From positions 1 to 36,155 of IMG/VR virus record IMGVR_UViG_3300030708_001253: 36,155 nt of DNA. One strand, 5' to 3'. The position numbers and the translations under genes were made by a program. How positions within the stretch are numbered: the first letter of the stretch is position 1; each line of letters begins with the position of its first letter. The DNA is from a virus (Duplodnaviria; Caudoviricetes). The notes beneath the pieces are model-generated. The model did not search any database, was not told the DNA's origin, and worked only from the letters and a program-made list of their open reading frames with translations. This document shows, one piece after another, positions 7,642-18,334 of the stretch.

Positions 7642-8895
7642 ATGAAAAAAATAACTATTCCATATAAGCCAAGACAACTGCAAAAGGAAATACACGAGTC
7701 ATTAAAGAGATTTAATGTTTTAGTATGCCACCGTAGATTTGGTAAAACGGTACTTTGCATCAATGAAATGATCAAAAAGTGCTTACAAAACGAGTTACCT
7801 AATCCACGATATTATTATATTTCTCCAACGTACTCTATCTCCAAGAGAAACTGTTGGGATTATTTAAAATACTATACGGATGTCCTCCCAGATGTCCAAT
7901 ACCACGAAACCGAGCTGCGATGCGATCTACCGAATGGTGGAAGAATTCAATTACTTGGTTGTGAAAGACCAGACACTTTGCGTGGTCTTTATATGGATGG
8001 ATGTGTCTTAGACGAAGTGGCTCAGATGCCACCTCGTTTATGGACAGAGATTATTCGACCATCGCTAGTTGATAGAAATGGTTGGATGATTGCTATTGGC
8101 ACTCCTGCTGGTCATAACGCATTCTATGATTTATTTGATCACGCACAGCATAATGAAACCTGGTTAGCAAAAAACTTTAAGGCAAGTGAAACAGGTATTG
8201 TACCTGAACAAGAATTAGAAGAAGCCAAGAAGTTAATGCCACCAGAAATCTATGAAGCAGAGTTTGAATGCTCGTTTGATAGTGCAGGTATCGGCTCAAT
8301 CTACGGCAAAAGCTTAAATCTGGCTGACGAACAAAACAGAGTTACCAAAGTTCCCTATGACTCCAAGCATAAAGTTAATACTTTTTGGGATTTAGGAATG
8401 GCAGATAAAACCTCTATCTGGTTTGTGCAGCAAGTAGGATCTGCAATACATTTGATTGACTACGAAGAAGATAGTGGTGAAGGTTTAGAATACTATGCAG
8501 GGATGCTCCAGGATAAAGGTTATGTGTATGACACACATTACTTTCCTCACGATGCAAGTGTTAGAGAAATAGGAACTGGAAACTCCAGGATTGAAACAGC
8601 ACAGAGTTTAGGATTAGTTACATCCATAGTACCAAAACTGTCAGTAGAAGATGGCATCAATGCGGTACGAATGATTTTATCAAGATGTTGGTTTGATCAC
8701 GAAAAAACAAAATTAGGATTAGATGCACTTCGTCAATACAGGTGGAGTACAAATGATCGAGGAGAAGTTAAGAATAGACCAGTACATGATTGGACTTCGC
8801 ATAGTGCGGATGCTTTCAGATACCTGGCGGTTGGATTAAATACATCATCAAATTGGAGTACAGAAATTAAATATCCAAGTTTAGGAATTATGTAA
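7642..8895 (+). CDS. terL: Terminase large subunit
   Basis: Walker A HRRFGKT, Walker B VLDE, GTP coupling motif, WDLG nuclease, HSADAFRY. Confidence 0.97.
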   Translation: MKKITIPYKPRQLQKEIHESLKRFNVLVCHRRFGKTVLCINEMIKKCLQNELPNPRYYYISPTYSISKRNCWDYLKYYTDVLPDVQYHETELRCDLPNGGRIQLLGCERPDTLRGLYMDGCVLDEVAQMPPRLWTEIIRPSLVDRNGWMIAIGTPAGHNAFYDLFDHAQHNETWLAKNFKASETGIVPEQELEEAKKLMPPEIYEAEFECSFDSAGIGSIYGKSLNLADEQNRVTKVPYDSKHKVNTFWDLGMADKTSIWFVQQVGSAIHLIDYEEDSGEGLEYYAGMLQDKGYVYDTHYFPHDASVREIGTGNSRIETAQSLGLVTSIVPKLSVEDGINAVRMILSRCWFDHEKTKLGLDALRQYRWSTNDRGEVKNRPVHDWTSHSADAFRYLAVGLNTSSNWSTEIKYPSLGIM

Positions 8896-10898
8896 TGGCA
8901 AAAAAAACAGATTCAGAATTATTACAAGTAATATCACAAGAGGTGCAAAACTCTTTAGGGTATTATACTTCCGATTTATCGGAACAACGACAGCAATCGC
9001 TTAAATATTATCTCGGAGAGCCATACGGCAACGAGGTTGAAGGCAGAAGTGCTGTTGTTACACAAGAGTTACTGGAAACAGTAGAGTCCGTCTTACCAAG
9101 TTTAATGCGTATGTTTACACAAAGTGATCGCATGGTAAGATTTGAAGCAACACAACCAGAAGATACGAGGTATGCAGAGAGCATTTCCAACTATTGTAAT
9201 CATATTTTTTATAAAGATAACGATGGTTTTAATGTTTTATACGATTTATTTAAAACCGCATTACTTCAAAAGAATGGTTTTTGCAAAATTTACTGGAATC
9301 CAAGCAAAGAACAGAGAAAAGAGCAGTATCAAGACCTCACAGAAATAGAATATAATTCCCTACTCCTTGATACAGAGGTTGAGATAACAAAAGTCGATGA
9401 GAAATCAAATGACGATGCTCTTTTCCCTGTAACTTATGATGTTGAGTTACAGAGAAAAACAGATTTAGGCAGAGTTAAGATAGAAAGTGTGCCACCAGAA
9501 GATATTTTGGTGTCAAAAAGAGCAACTTCTATGAAAGATTGCAATTTTATAGCTCACAGAGTGTATAAAACGAGATCTGAACTCATAAATATGGGTTATG
9601 ATGCAGAAATTGTTAATGATTTACCTGTATCTGACGAAGAAGTGTTCAATACGGAAGCTGTTACACGAAGAAGTTACGATGATGCGTCAACAGACTTAAA
9701 TGTTAGCACATTAGATCCTTCACAAGCGGTAGTAAATGTAACCGAATGCTATCTAAAAGTTGATATGGATGGCGATGGCATTGCTGAACTAAGAAAAGTT
9801 ACTGTTGGTGGCAACGGATATAACAATTACAAGCTGCTAGAGAACGAAGAAATACCTTTTATGCCAATAACAATGGTACGAGCTATTCCTATGCCGTATC
9901 GTTTCTTTGGATTAAGTTTTTACGATCTTATTGCTGACATTCAGGCAGTATCATCAACAATTTTACGAAATACACTTGATAATATGTATTTCCAAAACCA
10001 CGCAAGAACTCTTGTCGTAGATGGTCAAGCAAATTTAGATGATTTATTGACTAGCAGAGCAGGTGGAGTAGTAAGAGTTAAATCACCAAATGCTGTAACA
10101 CCAATGCAAACACCAAACTTCTTAAATGAAGGTTTGGCGATGCTTAAAAAGATTGATGAAATTAAAGAATCAAGAACTGGTGTAGCAAAACAGCAAATGG
10201 GATTGAATGCCGATACAATAAACAAATCACATACAACGGCTACATCAACAAATCAAATGATGATGGCTCAAACACAACGTATCGAACTCATTGCAAGAAA
10301 CTTTGCTGAAGGTGTAAAAGATATTTTCAAAACGATGTTTGCTATTATTTGCGAATATCAAGATCAAGAAAGATTAATTAGAATAAACAACGAGTTTGTT
10401 CCGATGAATCCTCGTGAATGGTTTAATCGTTATGATGTTACGGTACAAGTTGGACTTGGAACTGGTAATCAGGATCAGCGATTAGATGTATTGCAACGAG
10501 TTTTAGCGGTGCAAGAAAAATTATTAATGCAAGGCGGTTTGAACATGGTGAGTCCGCAAAATATATACAATACTCTTGAACAATATTTACAAAACTCAGG
10601 TTATAAAGATGCTTCACCATTCTTCAATAATCCTGCTAATGTGCCACCTCAACCAAGACAATCGAAAAAAGATCCTGCGTTGGGATTGGCAGAGCAGGAA
10701 ATACAATTACGACAACAGAAAGCTGCAGCTGAATTAGAATTAGCTAATAAAAAATTACAAATTGATTCTACATTAAAAGCAAAAAAAATGGATTTAGAAG
10801 AACAAAAATTAGCAACACAAGTTGTTAAAGATACGGATAATTTAGATATGGAAAAAGAAAAACTTGCAAGTAAAATTGTGCAACAAGGATTAAATTAA
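8895..10898 (+). CDS. Portal protein (P22-like)
   Basis: 667 aa directly after terL; YYLGEP...GRS, IELIARNFAE, C-terminal coiled coil. Confidence 0.9.
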   Translation: MAKKTDSELLQVISQEVQNSLGYYTSDLSEQRQQSLKYYLGEPYGNEVEGRSAVVTQELLETVESVLPSLMRMFTQSDRMVRFEATQPEDTRYAESISNYCNHIFYKDNDGFNVLYDLFKTALLQKNGFCKIYWNPSKEQRKEQYQDLTEIEYNSLLLDTEVEITKVDEKSNDDALFPVTYDVELQRKTDLGRVKIESVPPEDILVSKRATSMKDCNFIAHRVYKTRSELINMGYDAEIVNDLPVSDEEVFNTEAVTRRSYDDASTDLNVSTLDPSQAVVNVTECYLKVDMDGDGIAELRKVTVGGNGYNNYKLLENEEIPFMPITMVRAIPMPYRFFGLSFYDLIADIQAVSSTILRNTLDNMYFQNHARTLVVDGQANLDDLLTSRAGGVVRVKSPNAVTPMQTPNFLNEGLAMLKKIDEIKESRTGVAKQQMGLNADTINKSHTTATSTNQMMMAQTQRIELIARNFAEGVKDIFKTMFAIICEYQDQERLIRINNEFVPMNPREWFNRYDVTVQVGLGTGNQDQRLDVLQRVLAVQEKLLMQGGLNMVSPQNIYNTLEQYLQNSGYKDASPFFNNPANVPPQPRQSKKDPALGLAEQEIQLRQQKAAAELELANKKLQIDSTLKAKKMDLEEQKLATQVVKDTDNLDMEKEKLASKIVQQGLN

Positions 10899-11809
10899 TG
10901 GTTACTTTTAGTCCTTTCATGCAATCTGCTACGGCACAAGATATTATTAATAGTTATATTAATAAACCTTATCAAACACCTCCTGCAATAAATCCTATAT
11001 TTGATTTACGAGAGCCAGGTCAAGAATTTCCTCCTCTTAATCCGCCAGTACAAACAGATCCAGTTGTCGATCCTTGTCCTCCTGGTTATCAATTAATTGA
11101 TGGAGTTTGTCAGCCAATAGATCAATTTGGTGGTGATATGCCAAATGAAGTTACAGGTGGCGGTGATAATGAAAATATAGATACACGATCAGAGAGCAGA
11201 AAACTATTTGATGATATGAAAAATGATCCATCAAATATGTTTGGTGCAACAAGATTTTTAGATAAATACGAAATCGGTGAAGATGAATTTGGTAATCCAA
11301 TTTATTCTTTTGATCCAAAAAAAGGTGTTTTTCCATTTTTTGGAATGTCATTGATAGATACATTAACAGGTGGCGGAAAAAGACGAGAGGATAAATTTAA
11401 TCAAGCTATAAATACAATTTTATCACAAACACAAAATCAAGATGTATTCGGTAACTTAAATCCATTAGCTTTTGGTAAACAAAGTGGTGATATATTTACA
11501 ATGTATAATCCACAACAATATTTAGACCAAACAAAAGATGTTGTATTACAACAAACAAATCAACAACCTGTTACAATGGGTGATATGATTGGAAGTTTAA
11601 ATACAGGAACAGCATCACAGGTACAAAGTCAAGGCACAGAGCCAGTTGATGTTAGAGGAAGTTCTTTAGTAATTACTGATGATGGTGTTAGACGTAGAGA
11701 TGATACGGCATATCAATCTGCCGTTGCAAAAAATATTGCAAGAAATATTGCAAATACAGGATCGTCAGGATTTAGCACTACACTTGGTGGATTTACAAGA
11801 GGAAGATGA
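10898..11809 (+). CDS. Hypothetical virion-module protein with CPPGY..C motif
   Basis: Coupled to the portal stop; Pro/Gln-rich. Confidence 0.7.
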   Translation: MVTFSPFMQSATAQDIINSYINKPYQTPPAINPIFDLREPGQEFPPLNPPVQTDPVVDPCPPGYQLIDGVCQPIDQFGGDMPNEVTGGGDNENIDTRSESRKLFDDMKNDPSNMFGATRFLDKYEIGEDEFGNPIYSFDPKKGVFPFFGMSLIDTLTGGGKRREDKFNQAINTILSQTQNQDVFGNLNPLAFGKQSGDIFTMYNPQQYLDQTKDVVLQQTNQQPVTMGDMIGSLNTGTASQVQSQGTEPVDVRGSSLVITDDGVRRRDDTAYQSAVAKNIARNIANTGSSGFSTTLGGFTRGR

Positions 11810-12042
11810 CACCTGAACAAGAAAAACAACGAACTGAATTAGCAAAAAATATTTTAGAAAATCCTGTATTTCAAGATGCAATAAAACAAATAAAACAAGA
11901 ATTATACAGTGAGTTTTTAAATTCACCTGCACGAGATTCCGAAGGTAGAGAAAAAATTTATCTCATGGGTAAAATGTTTGATCTACTTTTAGTGAACATC
12001 AAGTCTGTGATGGAAACAGGCAAACTAAACAAAAAACAATAG
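11806..12042 (+). CDS. Conserved small head-module protein
   Basis: ILENPVF...REKIY motif; typical position before the scaffold. Confidence 0.75.
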   Translation: MTPEQEKQRTELAKNILENPVFQDAIKQIKQELYSEFLNSPARDSEGREKIYLMGKMFDLLLVNIKSVMETGKLNKKQ

Positions 12043-12050
12043 GAGTTTTT

Positions 12051-13058
12051 ATGGCAGATAATCCCCAAGCGGAATCTGTATCTAAACCAACCACAACGAT
12101 ACAGGAAACACAACAGGCATTCGCCAATCTTATCAATACTGCAAGAAGCGAAGAACAGCCAAAACCAGAAGTAAAAGAAGCTGAACAAGTCAACCTGGAA
12201 GCAGACAATGAGTTGACAGTAGATGATATTTCTGAAGAAGATTTAGTTGATAACGAAGAAACCACTACGGAAAACGAACAAGAACTTTATGAAGTTACAG
12301 TAAACGGTAATAAGCAGAAAGTCAGCTTGGATCAGTTAATGGAAGGTTACTCTAAAGGATCGGACTATACCAAAAAGACGATGGAATTAAGTGAACAACG
12401 AAGATCATTAGATACAGAGTTGAACAATTTTTCCAAAGACAAAGAAGCAGTAAAAAGAATGCGTGATGAATACGCACAAAAACTTCAGGCAGTAGAGCAA
12501 AATTTACAAACTGAAGATAACATAGATTGGGTTTCATTAGCTCAAACTGATCCTACTGAATATGCTGTCAAAAAAGCTGAACATGATCGCAAAAAAGAAT
12601 TGCAACAAAATGTACAGAAAGAAAGACAAAAATTAGCAATGGAACAGACAAAAGAGCAAGAAAAACTTTATGAAAACCATATTAAAATGGAGCGAGGTAA
12701 ATTAGTAGAAGCTTTGCCTATTTTTGGTGATGAAAAAAAAGCACCAAAACTTATGGAAGATCTTAGCAAGTTTGCAATGAAACAAGGTTATACACAGCAA
12801 GAGGTTAGCATGATTGTTGATCATCGTGCCGTTAAAACTTTGTATGATGCTTTTAAGTATAATCAATTACTTGAAAAGAAAAACTTACGAGATAAAAAAG
12901 TTAAACCACTCAATCGTGTTGTATCTTCTGAAGGTAAAAACAATACTCGATCTACCGATAAGCAAGTGCGTGTGAATGATCGCATGAAACAATTGAAAAA
13001 ATCAGGTAATGTGAAAGATGCACAAAAGGTGTTGTCTGCCATGTTATCAAACAATTAA
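12051..13058 (+). CDS. Capsid scaffolding protein
   Basis: Acidic N-terminus, V-x-VNG...GY...DYTKKT motif, coiled coil; precedes the MCP. Confidence 0.85.
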   Translation: MADNPQAESVSKPTTTIQETQQAFANLINTARSEEQPKPEVKEAEQVNLEADNELTVDDISEEDLVDNEETTTENEQELYEVTVNGNKQKVSLDQLMEGYSKGSDYTKKTMELSEQRRSLDTELNNFSKDKEAVKRMRDEYAQKLQAVEQNLQTEDNIDWVSLAQTDPTEYAVKKAEHDRKKELQQNVQKERQKLAMEQTKEQEKLYENHIKMERGKLVEALPIFGDEKKAPKLMEDLSKFAMKQGYTQQEVSMIVDHRAVKTLYDAFKYNQLLEKKNLRDKKVKPLNRVVSSEGKNNTRSTDKQVRVNDRMKQLKKSGNVKDAQKVLSAMLSNN

Positions 13059-13070
13059 TCGGAGGTTACG

Positions 13071-14051
13071 ATGGCTCAACCGAGCAACACATTTGATACC
13101 TATGATGCTGTAGGTATAAGAGAAGATTTAGCGGATGTAATTTATAATATTTCTCCAACTGAAACTCCTTTTATGACTAATGCAGCTAAAGGTACAGCTA
13201 CTAATACTCTCCATGAGTGGCAAACTGATGGATTGAGAGCAGCAGCTAACAACTTTCAAATAGAAGGTGATGATTACGGAGGAACAGCAATTAGTCCAAC
13301 GGATCGTCTTAACAATAGAACACAAATATCAGCAGAAGCAATTATCGTATCTGGCACAGATAGATCAGTTGACAATGCAGGTAGAGGTGATGAACTTGCT
13401 TATCAATTAGCCAAAGTCGGCAAAGCTCTAAAAAGAGATATGGAAGTCGGCATGGTCGGAGTTGAACAAGCAAAAGTAACAGGATCAAGTTCGGCTGCAA
13501 GAAAATCTGCATCCGTTGGAACTTGGTACGGTGGAAATATTACTGGTACTGGCGGTGCAACCGCAGCCAATAACTTTTCTAAGAACGGCTCTCCTTCTGC
13601 TACTCCAACTGGAAATGGTGCAACAGCAATTTCTGGTGGTACAAATAGAACTTACACAGAAGCTCTATTAAAAGCAGGATTACAAAAATCATACGAGTTA
13701 GGTGGAAACCCTGACACAATATTGATGAGTCCAGGTAATAAAGTATTAGCTTCAGCTTTCTCAGGAGTTGCTACACAATACAAAAACGCAGACGATATGA
13801 CAGTTATCGGTGCAGTAGATGTATATGTTTCAGATTTTGGTGAAGTAAGCTTTATCCCTGATAGACATTCACTAGACACTAGAGTTGATATTCTACAAAT
13901 GGACACTTGGGAAGTTGCATTCCTAAGACCGTTTGAAACACAAGAATTATCAAAAACAGGTGATAACGATAAAAGATTGTTATTAGCTGAGTGGACTCTT
14001 GTATGTCGTTCACCAAACGCAAACTACGGTATATTTAACTTAAACACATAA
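13071..14051 (+). CDS. Major capsid protein (SU10/DUF5309-like HK97 fold)
   Basis: REDLADVIYNISPTETPF, HEWQTD, YVSDFG, LSKTGD motifs; GGAGG RBS. Confidence 0.92.
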   Translation: MAQPSNTFDTYDAVGIREDLADVIYNISPTETPFMTNAAKGTATNTLHEWQTDGLRAAANNFQIEGDDYGGTAISPTDRLNNRTQISAEAIIVSGTDRSVDNAGRGDELAYQLAKVGKALKRDMEVGMVGVEQAKVTGSSSAARKSASVGTWYGGNITGTGGATAANNFSKNGSPSATPTGNGATAISGGTNRTYTEALLKAGLQKSYELGGNPDTILMSPGNKVLASAFSGVATQYKNADDMTVIGAVDVYVSDFGEVSFIPDRHSLDTRVDILQMDTWEVAFLRPFETQELSKTGDNDKRLLLAEWTLVCRSPNANYGIFNLNT

Positions 14052-14061
14052 TGTGTTGATT

Positions 14062-14088
14062 AGGAGCAGGTTTTTACCTGCTCCTTTT
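14062..14088 (+). terminator. Intrinsic terminator after the MCP
   Basis: AGGAGCAGGT-TTTT-ACCTGCTCCT followed by TTT. Confidence 0.85.
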
Positions 14089-14107
14089 AATTAATAGAGA
14101 GGAACAA

Positions 14108-14344
14108 ATGTCAGAAGTTTTTAAACCAGGTATAAAAAAATATTCTATGCCAAAAACAATGAATATGCACAACAGAGATCAGAACAATATGACTATCTCA
14201 CGAGGAAGTGGCAAAGCTCAAAGCAAGACAACTTCTGGTGGTGATCGTATGTTCAAGATTGGTTATAGAAGAACAGAAAATCCAGGACTATCAATGCAAG
14301 ATAGTGTTGATAAAATGATTGCAGCAGCAGTTAAAGGTGTATGA
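14108..14344 (+). CDS. Hypothetical protein
   Basis: GAGAGGA RBS; ATGA overlap with the next gene. Confidence 0.7.
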   Translation: MSEVFKPGIKKYSMPKTMNMHNRDQNNMTISRGSGKAQSKTTSGGDRMFKIGYRRTENPGLSMQDSVDKMIAAAVKGV

Positions 14345-14682
14345 CCAAAAAAATAGATTTTACTGGTAATGAACAATCACCAGTAAAAACAAAAATGCAC
14401 ATTGATAGTAGTGAAGGAAAATATCACATTGAAAACTATCAAGATGTTTCACGAATTTTAGAAAGAAATAAAATTGAAAGAAACGCAGGTGCATACAAAG
14501 TTAATGGTATGCAAGACGCAAAGATGTATAAAGTTGCATCTTTACCTTTAATAGTCGTACAACAATTAGCAAAACAAGGGATTATGACAATGAGTGGTCA
14601 GTTACAAGATCGTGAAAGATTTTTTAAATGGCTGAATGATCCTGACAATGAAAAATTTAAAATTTATCCGAAGAAAGTATAA
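14341..14682 (+). CDS. Conserved phage protein (VASxP...WLNDPDN)
   Basis: Motif typical of the gene between MCP and adaptor in this phage group. Confidence 0.75.
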   Translation: MTKKIDFTGNEQSPVKTKMHIDSSEGKYHIENYQDVSRILERNKIERNAGAYKVNGMQDAKMYKVASLPLIVVQQLAKQGIMTMSGQLQDRERFFKWLNDPDNEKFKIYPKKV

Positions 14683-15311
14683 TGGCACTAGATACATACG
14701 CAAATTTAAAAACAGAGATTGCAAGTTTCTTAAACCGTGATGATTTAACTGCACAGATTGATACTTTTATTGATTTAGCAGAAACAAGACACGCAAGAGA
14801 TTTACGCATAAGGGAAATGGAAACTGTTGATACTTCTATTACAACTGTTGCAGGTACACAATCTTATGATTTACCAACAGGATATTTAGAACTTCGATAT
14901 GCTATGTTGCAAACATCACCATACACAATGTTGCAATACATGAGTCCTGCTGATTTTTTTCGTGTGTATAATGCAGGTGAAGGAAGCGGTATGCCAGTTT
15001 ACTATACGATTGTCGGAAAAAAAATATATTTAGGACACGAGCCAGATAGTGCAAATGTTTTAGAACTTGGTTTTTTTAAAAGACCAACTGCTTTGTCAGA
15101 TTCAAACACAACAAATGATGTATTAACAGATTTTCCTGATTTGTATTTATACGGATCACTTGCAGAAACTTCTCCGTTTTTAATGCAAGATGAAAGATTG
15201 GCTGTATGGTCATCACTTTATAAAGAAGGAGTTAGAACAGCAAACGAGTCAGCACAGAGAGGTCGTGTATCGGCAGCTCCGTTGCAAATGTCAGCTAGAA
15301 GGGTTGTATGA
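14682..15311 (+). CDS. Head-tail adaptor / tail tubular protein A-like
   Basis: YANLK..IA.FLNRDDL..FI.LAE; PDLYLYGSL. Confidence 0.8.
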   Translation: MALDTYANLKTEIASFLNRDDLTAQIDTFIDLAETRHARDLRIREMETVDTSITTVAGTQSYDLPTGYLELRYAMLQTSPYTMLQYMSPADFFRVYNAGEGSGMPVYYTIVGKKIYLGHEPDSANVLELGFFKRPTALSDSNTTNDVLTDFPDLYLYGSLAETSPFLMQDERLAVWSSLYKEGVRTANESAQRGRVSAAPLQMSARRVV

Positions 15312-16795
15312 TTGAGTTTGGACAACTGTTGGCAGATTTACCAACGTTAAAAAATGGTGGAGCAACAAAAGTTGATAATGTTATTCCTTTAGCAAAAGGA
15401 TATAAAAGCATTCCTAGTTTTACTGCATTAAGCAGCACAGGATTAACTGGAACACCAGTAGGATTATTTACAAGTTTTTCTGCTTCAGGAACAACAAACT
15501 ATGCAGGTGATAATGGTAAGTTATATCAAATGGATAGCAACCTAGTCTTTCAAGACAAAAGTAAAGCAGGTGGATATAACGGATCAACAACAGCAGGTAG
15601 TAGAGATTTTTGGAGTTTTACACAATTTGGTGCAAACATCCTTGCAACAAATGGTGCAGACAATATACAAAAGTTTGAAGAAGGAACAGATACAGCTTTT
15701 TCAGATCGTGTAACATTAAAGGCAAAATATTTAGCAATCATAAGAGATTTTGTTTTTGCAGGTTATACAACAGAATCAAGTGTTGTTTACAACCAACGAG
15801 TTAAGTGGTCTGGACTAAATGATAGTTCAACCTGGACTCCTAGCCAAGCAACACAATCTGGTTTCCAAGATATTGTTGGAACACATGGATCAGTTCAAGC
15901 AATGGTTGGTGGAGAAAGTTTTGGTATTATTTTTATGGAAAGAGCTATTTATAGAGCTGACTATGTAGGTACACCATTAATTTTTAATTTTAACAAGATT
16001 GCAGATAACATTGGTGCTTTTGCTCCACGATCTGTTGCGTCTTTTGGTAATCAAATATTCTTCTTAGCACAAGATGGTTTTTATAAACTAACAGGTGGTC
16101 AGCAGCTTACACCAATTGGTAATGGTAAAGTTGATGAATTCTTTTTTAATGACATTACATCTAATCTTGAAGGTGTAACGTCAGCGATAGATCCTAACAA
16201 CAGCATTGTTGTTTGGTCATATCGTGGTGATGGTGCAACAGGTACAGATTTTATAAATAACAAATTGTTAATTTATAATTACTCTACTGATCGTTGGTCA
16301 ACAGGATCAGGTCAAGATTTAACATTTGTGCAAAGTGCATCACAAGAAGCATTTAATACTTTAGAAAGCTTAGATGTTCTTGGCACACTAGACGGATTAC
16401 CACGATCATTAGACTCGTTCTTTTATGATGAAGGAGTTATTGGTCTTGCAGGTTTTAATTCAGAAAAAAAGTTTGGTAAATTTTTAGGAGCTTCACTTTC
16501 GGCAACTGTTGATACAACAGAGTTTGAAGGTGTTGATGGTAGAAGAAGCACATTAATTAATGCAATACCAATTGTTGATGCAAATGGAGAAGATACAACA
16601 ATAACTGTTACTCCAATCCATAGACCATCACAAGCAAATGCTGTAAGTACAGGAACAGCAGTAACACAAAACACTTCTGGTAATTGTCCTATGAGAACAA
16701 CGGATCGCTACCACAGACTTCGTGTAAGTGTGAATGGCAACTTTACAAATATGTTAGGTGTTGATGTAGAAACTAGACCTGAAGGTAAAAGGTAA
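15308..16795 (+). CDS. Tail nozzle / packaged-DNA stabilisation protein (P22 gp10 / tubular B-like)
   Basis: Beta-rich 495 aa after the adaptor; RVKWS, FLAQDGFY. Confidence 0.75.
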   Translation: MIEFGQLLADLPTLKNGGATKVDNVIPLAKGYKSIPSFTALSSTGLTGTPVGLFTSFSASGTTNYAGDNGKLYQMDSNLVFQDKSKAGGYNGSTTAGSRDFWSFTQFGANILATNGADNIQKFEEGTDTAFSDRVTLKAKYLAIIRDFVFAGYTTESSVVYNQRVKWSGLNDSSTWTPSQATQSGFQDIVGTHGSVQAMVGGESFGIIFMERAIYRADYVGTPLIFNFNKIADNIGAFAPRSVASFGNQIFFLAQDGFYKLTGGQQLTPIGNGKVDEFFFNDITSNLEGVTSAIDPNNSIVVWSYRGDGATGTDFINNKLLIYNYSTDRWSTGSGQDLTFVQSASQEAFNTLESLDVLGTLDGLPRSLDSFFYDEGVIGLAGFNSEKKFGKFLGASLSATVDTTEFEGVDGRRSTLINAIPIVDANGEDTTITVTPIHRPSQANAVSTGTAVTQNTSGNCPMRTTDRYHRLRVSVNGNFTNMLGVDVETRPEGKR

Positions 16796-17121
16796 TGACA
16801 AATCAGTTTTTAAATGTGCCATTGTCAATGCCAGACAACTCGCAGCATTTACGATTAGTTAGTTCTACATTGAATAACGTAATGGATGGCAAACTAAACA
16901 GTACAGGAACAATTACACTTACTGCTAGTGCAACGTCAACAACATTGACAGATGCCAGGATTGGTGGTGATAGTGTTATTGTGTTCATGCCAATTACAGC
17001 AAACGGCAAGACAGCAGAAAATAATTTATTTGTTTCTGCAAGAGCAAGTGGATCGGCAACACTAACACACGCAAGTTCAAGTAATAACGATCAAAACTTT
17101 GCGTACATTATTATTGGATGA
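16795..17121 (+). CDS. Small tail-associated protein
   Basis: GKLNSTGTITL; Ser/Thr-rich; coupled. Confidence 0.65.
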   Translation: MTNQFLNVPLSMPDNSQHLRLVSSTLNNVMDGKLNSTGTITLTASATSTTLTDARIGGDSVIVFMPITANGKTAENNLFVSARASGSATLTHASSSNNDQNFAYIIIG

Positions 17122-17507
17122 TTGTAAAAGTACCAAAGCAAGATGTAGATTTTGTTTGGAAAGATTGTAAACCATTTTTAGAAAAAGCTTTGGATGATAC
17201 TTACAATCTTGAGGATATTTATAAAGGTATACAAAAAGATTTCTTCCAACTTTGGATAAGTTGGCAAGGTGGTGTGGAATGTGCTGTAATTACAGAAATG
17301 GCAGAGTATCCACAAAAAAAAATATTACGATACTTTCTCGCAGGAGGAAAAAATTTAGGTCATTGGTTGACCGACATACAAACGAAAATAGAAGATTTTG
17401 CAAAACGAAATGGCTGTGATGCTATTGAAGTAGCAGGTCGCAAAGGATGGATTAGAAAATTACATGGTTATAATCAACCAGTTTTTATTATTAGGAAAGA
17501 TTTATGA
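17118..17507 (+). CDS. GNAT-fold-like virion assembly protein
   Basis: QLW...AVITE..YP...GRKGW motif; typical position before ejection proteins. Confidence 0.6.
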   Translation: MIVKVPKQDVDFVWKDCKPFLEKALDDTYNLEDIYKGIQKDFFQLWISWQGGVECAVITEMAEYPQKKILRYFLAGGKNLGHWLTDIQTKIEDFAKRNGCDAIEVAGRKGWIRKLHGYNQPVFIIRKDL

Positions 17508-18334
17508 GTAAAGGTAGTAACCCACAAAACGTAACAACAACTACGGCATCAGAGCCAAGTGAATTTATAAGACCATATTTTCAACAAGCAATAGATTACG
17601 GTCAGGATTTATTTGAGTCGCAAACTCCACAATATTTTCCTGAAGCAACGTATACAGGTTTTGCTCCGCAGACAGAAACCGCTTTACAACTTGCACAAGC
17701 AAGAGCAATACAAGGTAATCCATTACTTGGATCAGCACAAACAGAAGTAAATAAAATTTTACAAGGTGATTATTTATCTCCTACTTCAAATCCATTTTTA
17801 CAAAATGTTGCACAGCAAGTAGCAGATAATGTTACAAGCCAGGTACAATCACAATTTACTAAAGCAGGTCGTTTAGGATCAGGAGCAAATCAAGAAATAC
17901 TTGCAAGAGAATTAGCAGACGCACAAAATAGATTATTTGCTGATAACTTTGCAGCAGAAAGACAAAGACAATTTGATGCTGTTCAATTAGCTCCATCTTT
18001 AGGTCAAGCTGATTACGATGATATTGCACAACTTGGACAAGTAGGTGCAGCTCGTGAAGATTTAGAAATGGCAAAATTACAAGATGCTATTGGAAGATTT
18101 GATTTTGAACAACAAAGACCATTCTTAAAACTAAGAGAATATCTTGGTACTATTGGTGCAAATGTTCCACAGACAACTTTAACTACTCAACCTGTCTTTA
18201 GAAACACAGGTGCAGGTATTTTGGGTGGTGCATTAACTGGTGGAAAAATTGCAGGTCAAATTGGCGGTAGCTCAATGTTTGGCAATCCGTTATTTGGTGC
18301 AGCCGCAGGTGGACTACTTGGAGGATTTTATTAA
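17504..18334 (+). CDS. Internal virion / DNA ejection protein
   Basis: Gln/Ala-rich with a Gly-rich hydrophobic C-terminus. Confidence 0.65.
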   Translation: MSKGSNPQNVTTTTASEPSEFIRPYFQQAIDYGQDLFESQTPQYFPEATYTGFAPQTETALQLAQARAIQGNPLLGSAQTEVNKILQGDYLSPTSNPFLQNVAQQVADNVTSQVQSQFTKAGRLGSGANQEILARELADAQNRLFADNFAAERQRQFDAVQLAPSLGQADYDDIAQLGQVGAAREDLEMAKLQDAIGRFDFEQQRPFLKLREYLGTIGANVPQTTLTTQPVFRNTGAGILGGALTGGKIAGQIGGSSMFGNPLFGAAAGGLLGGFY

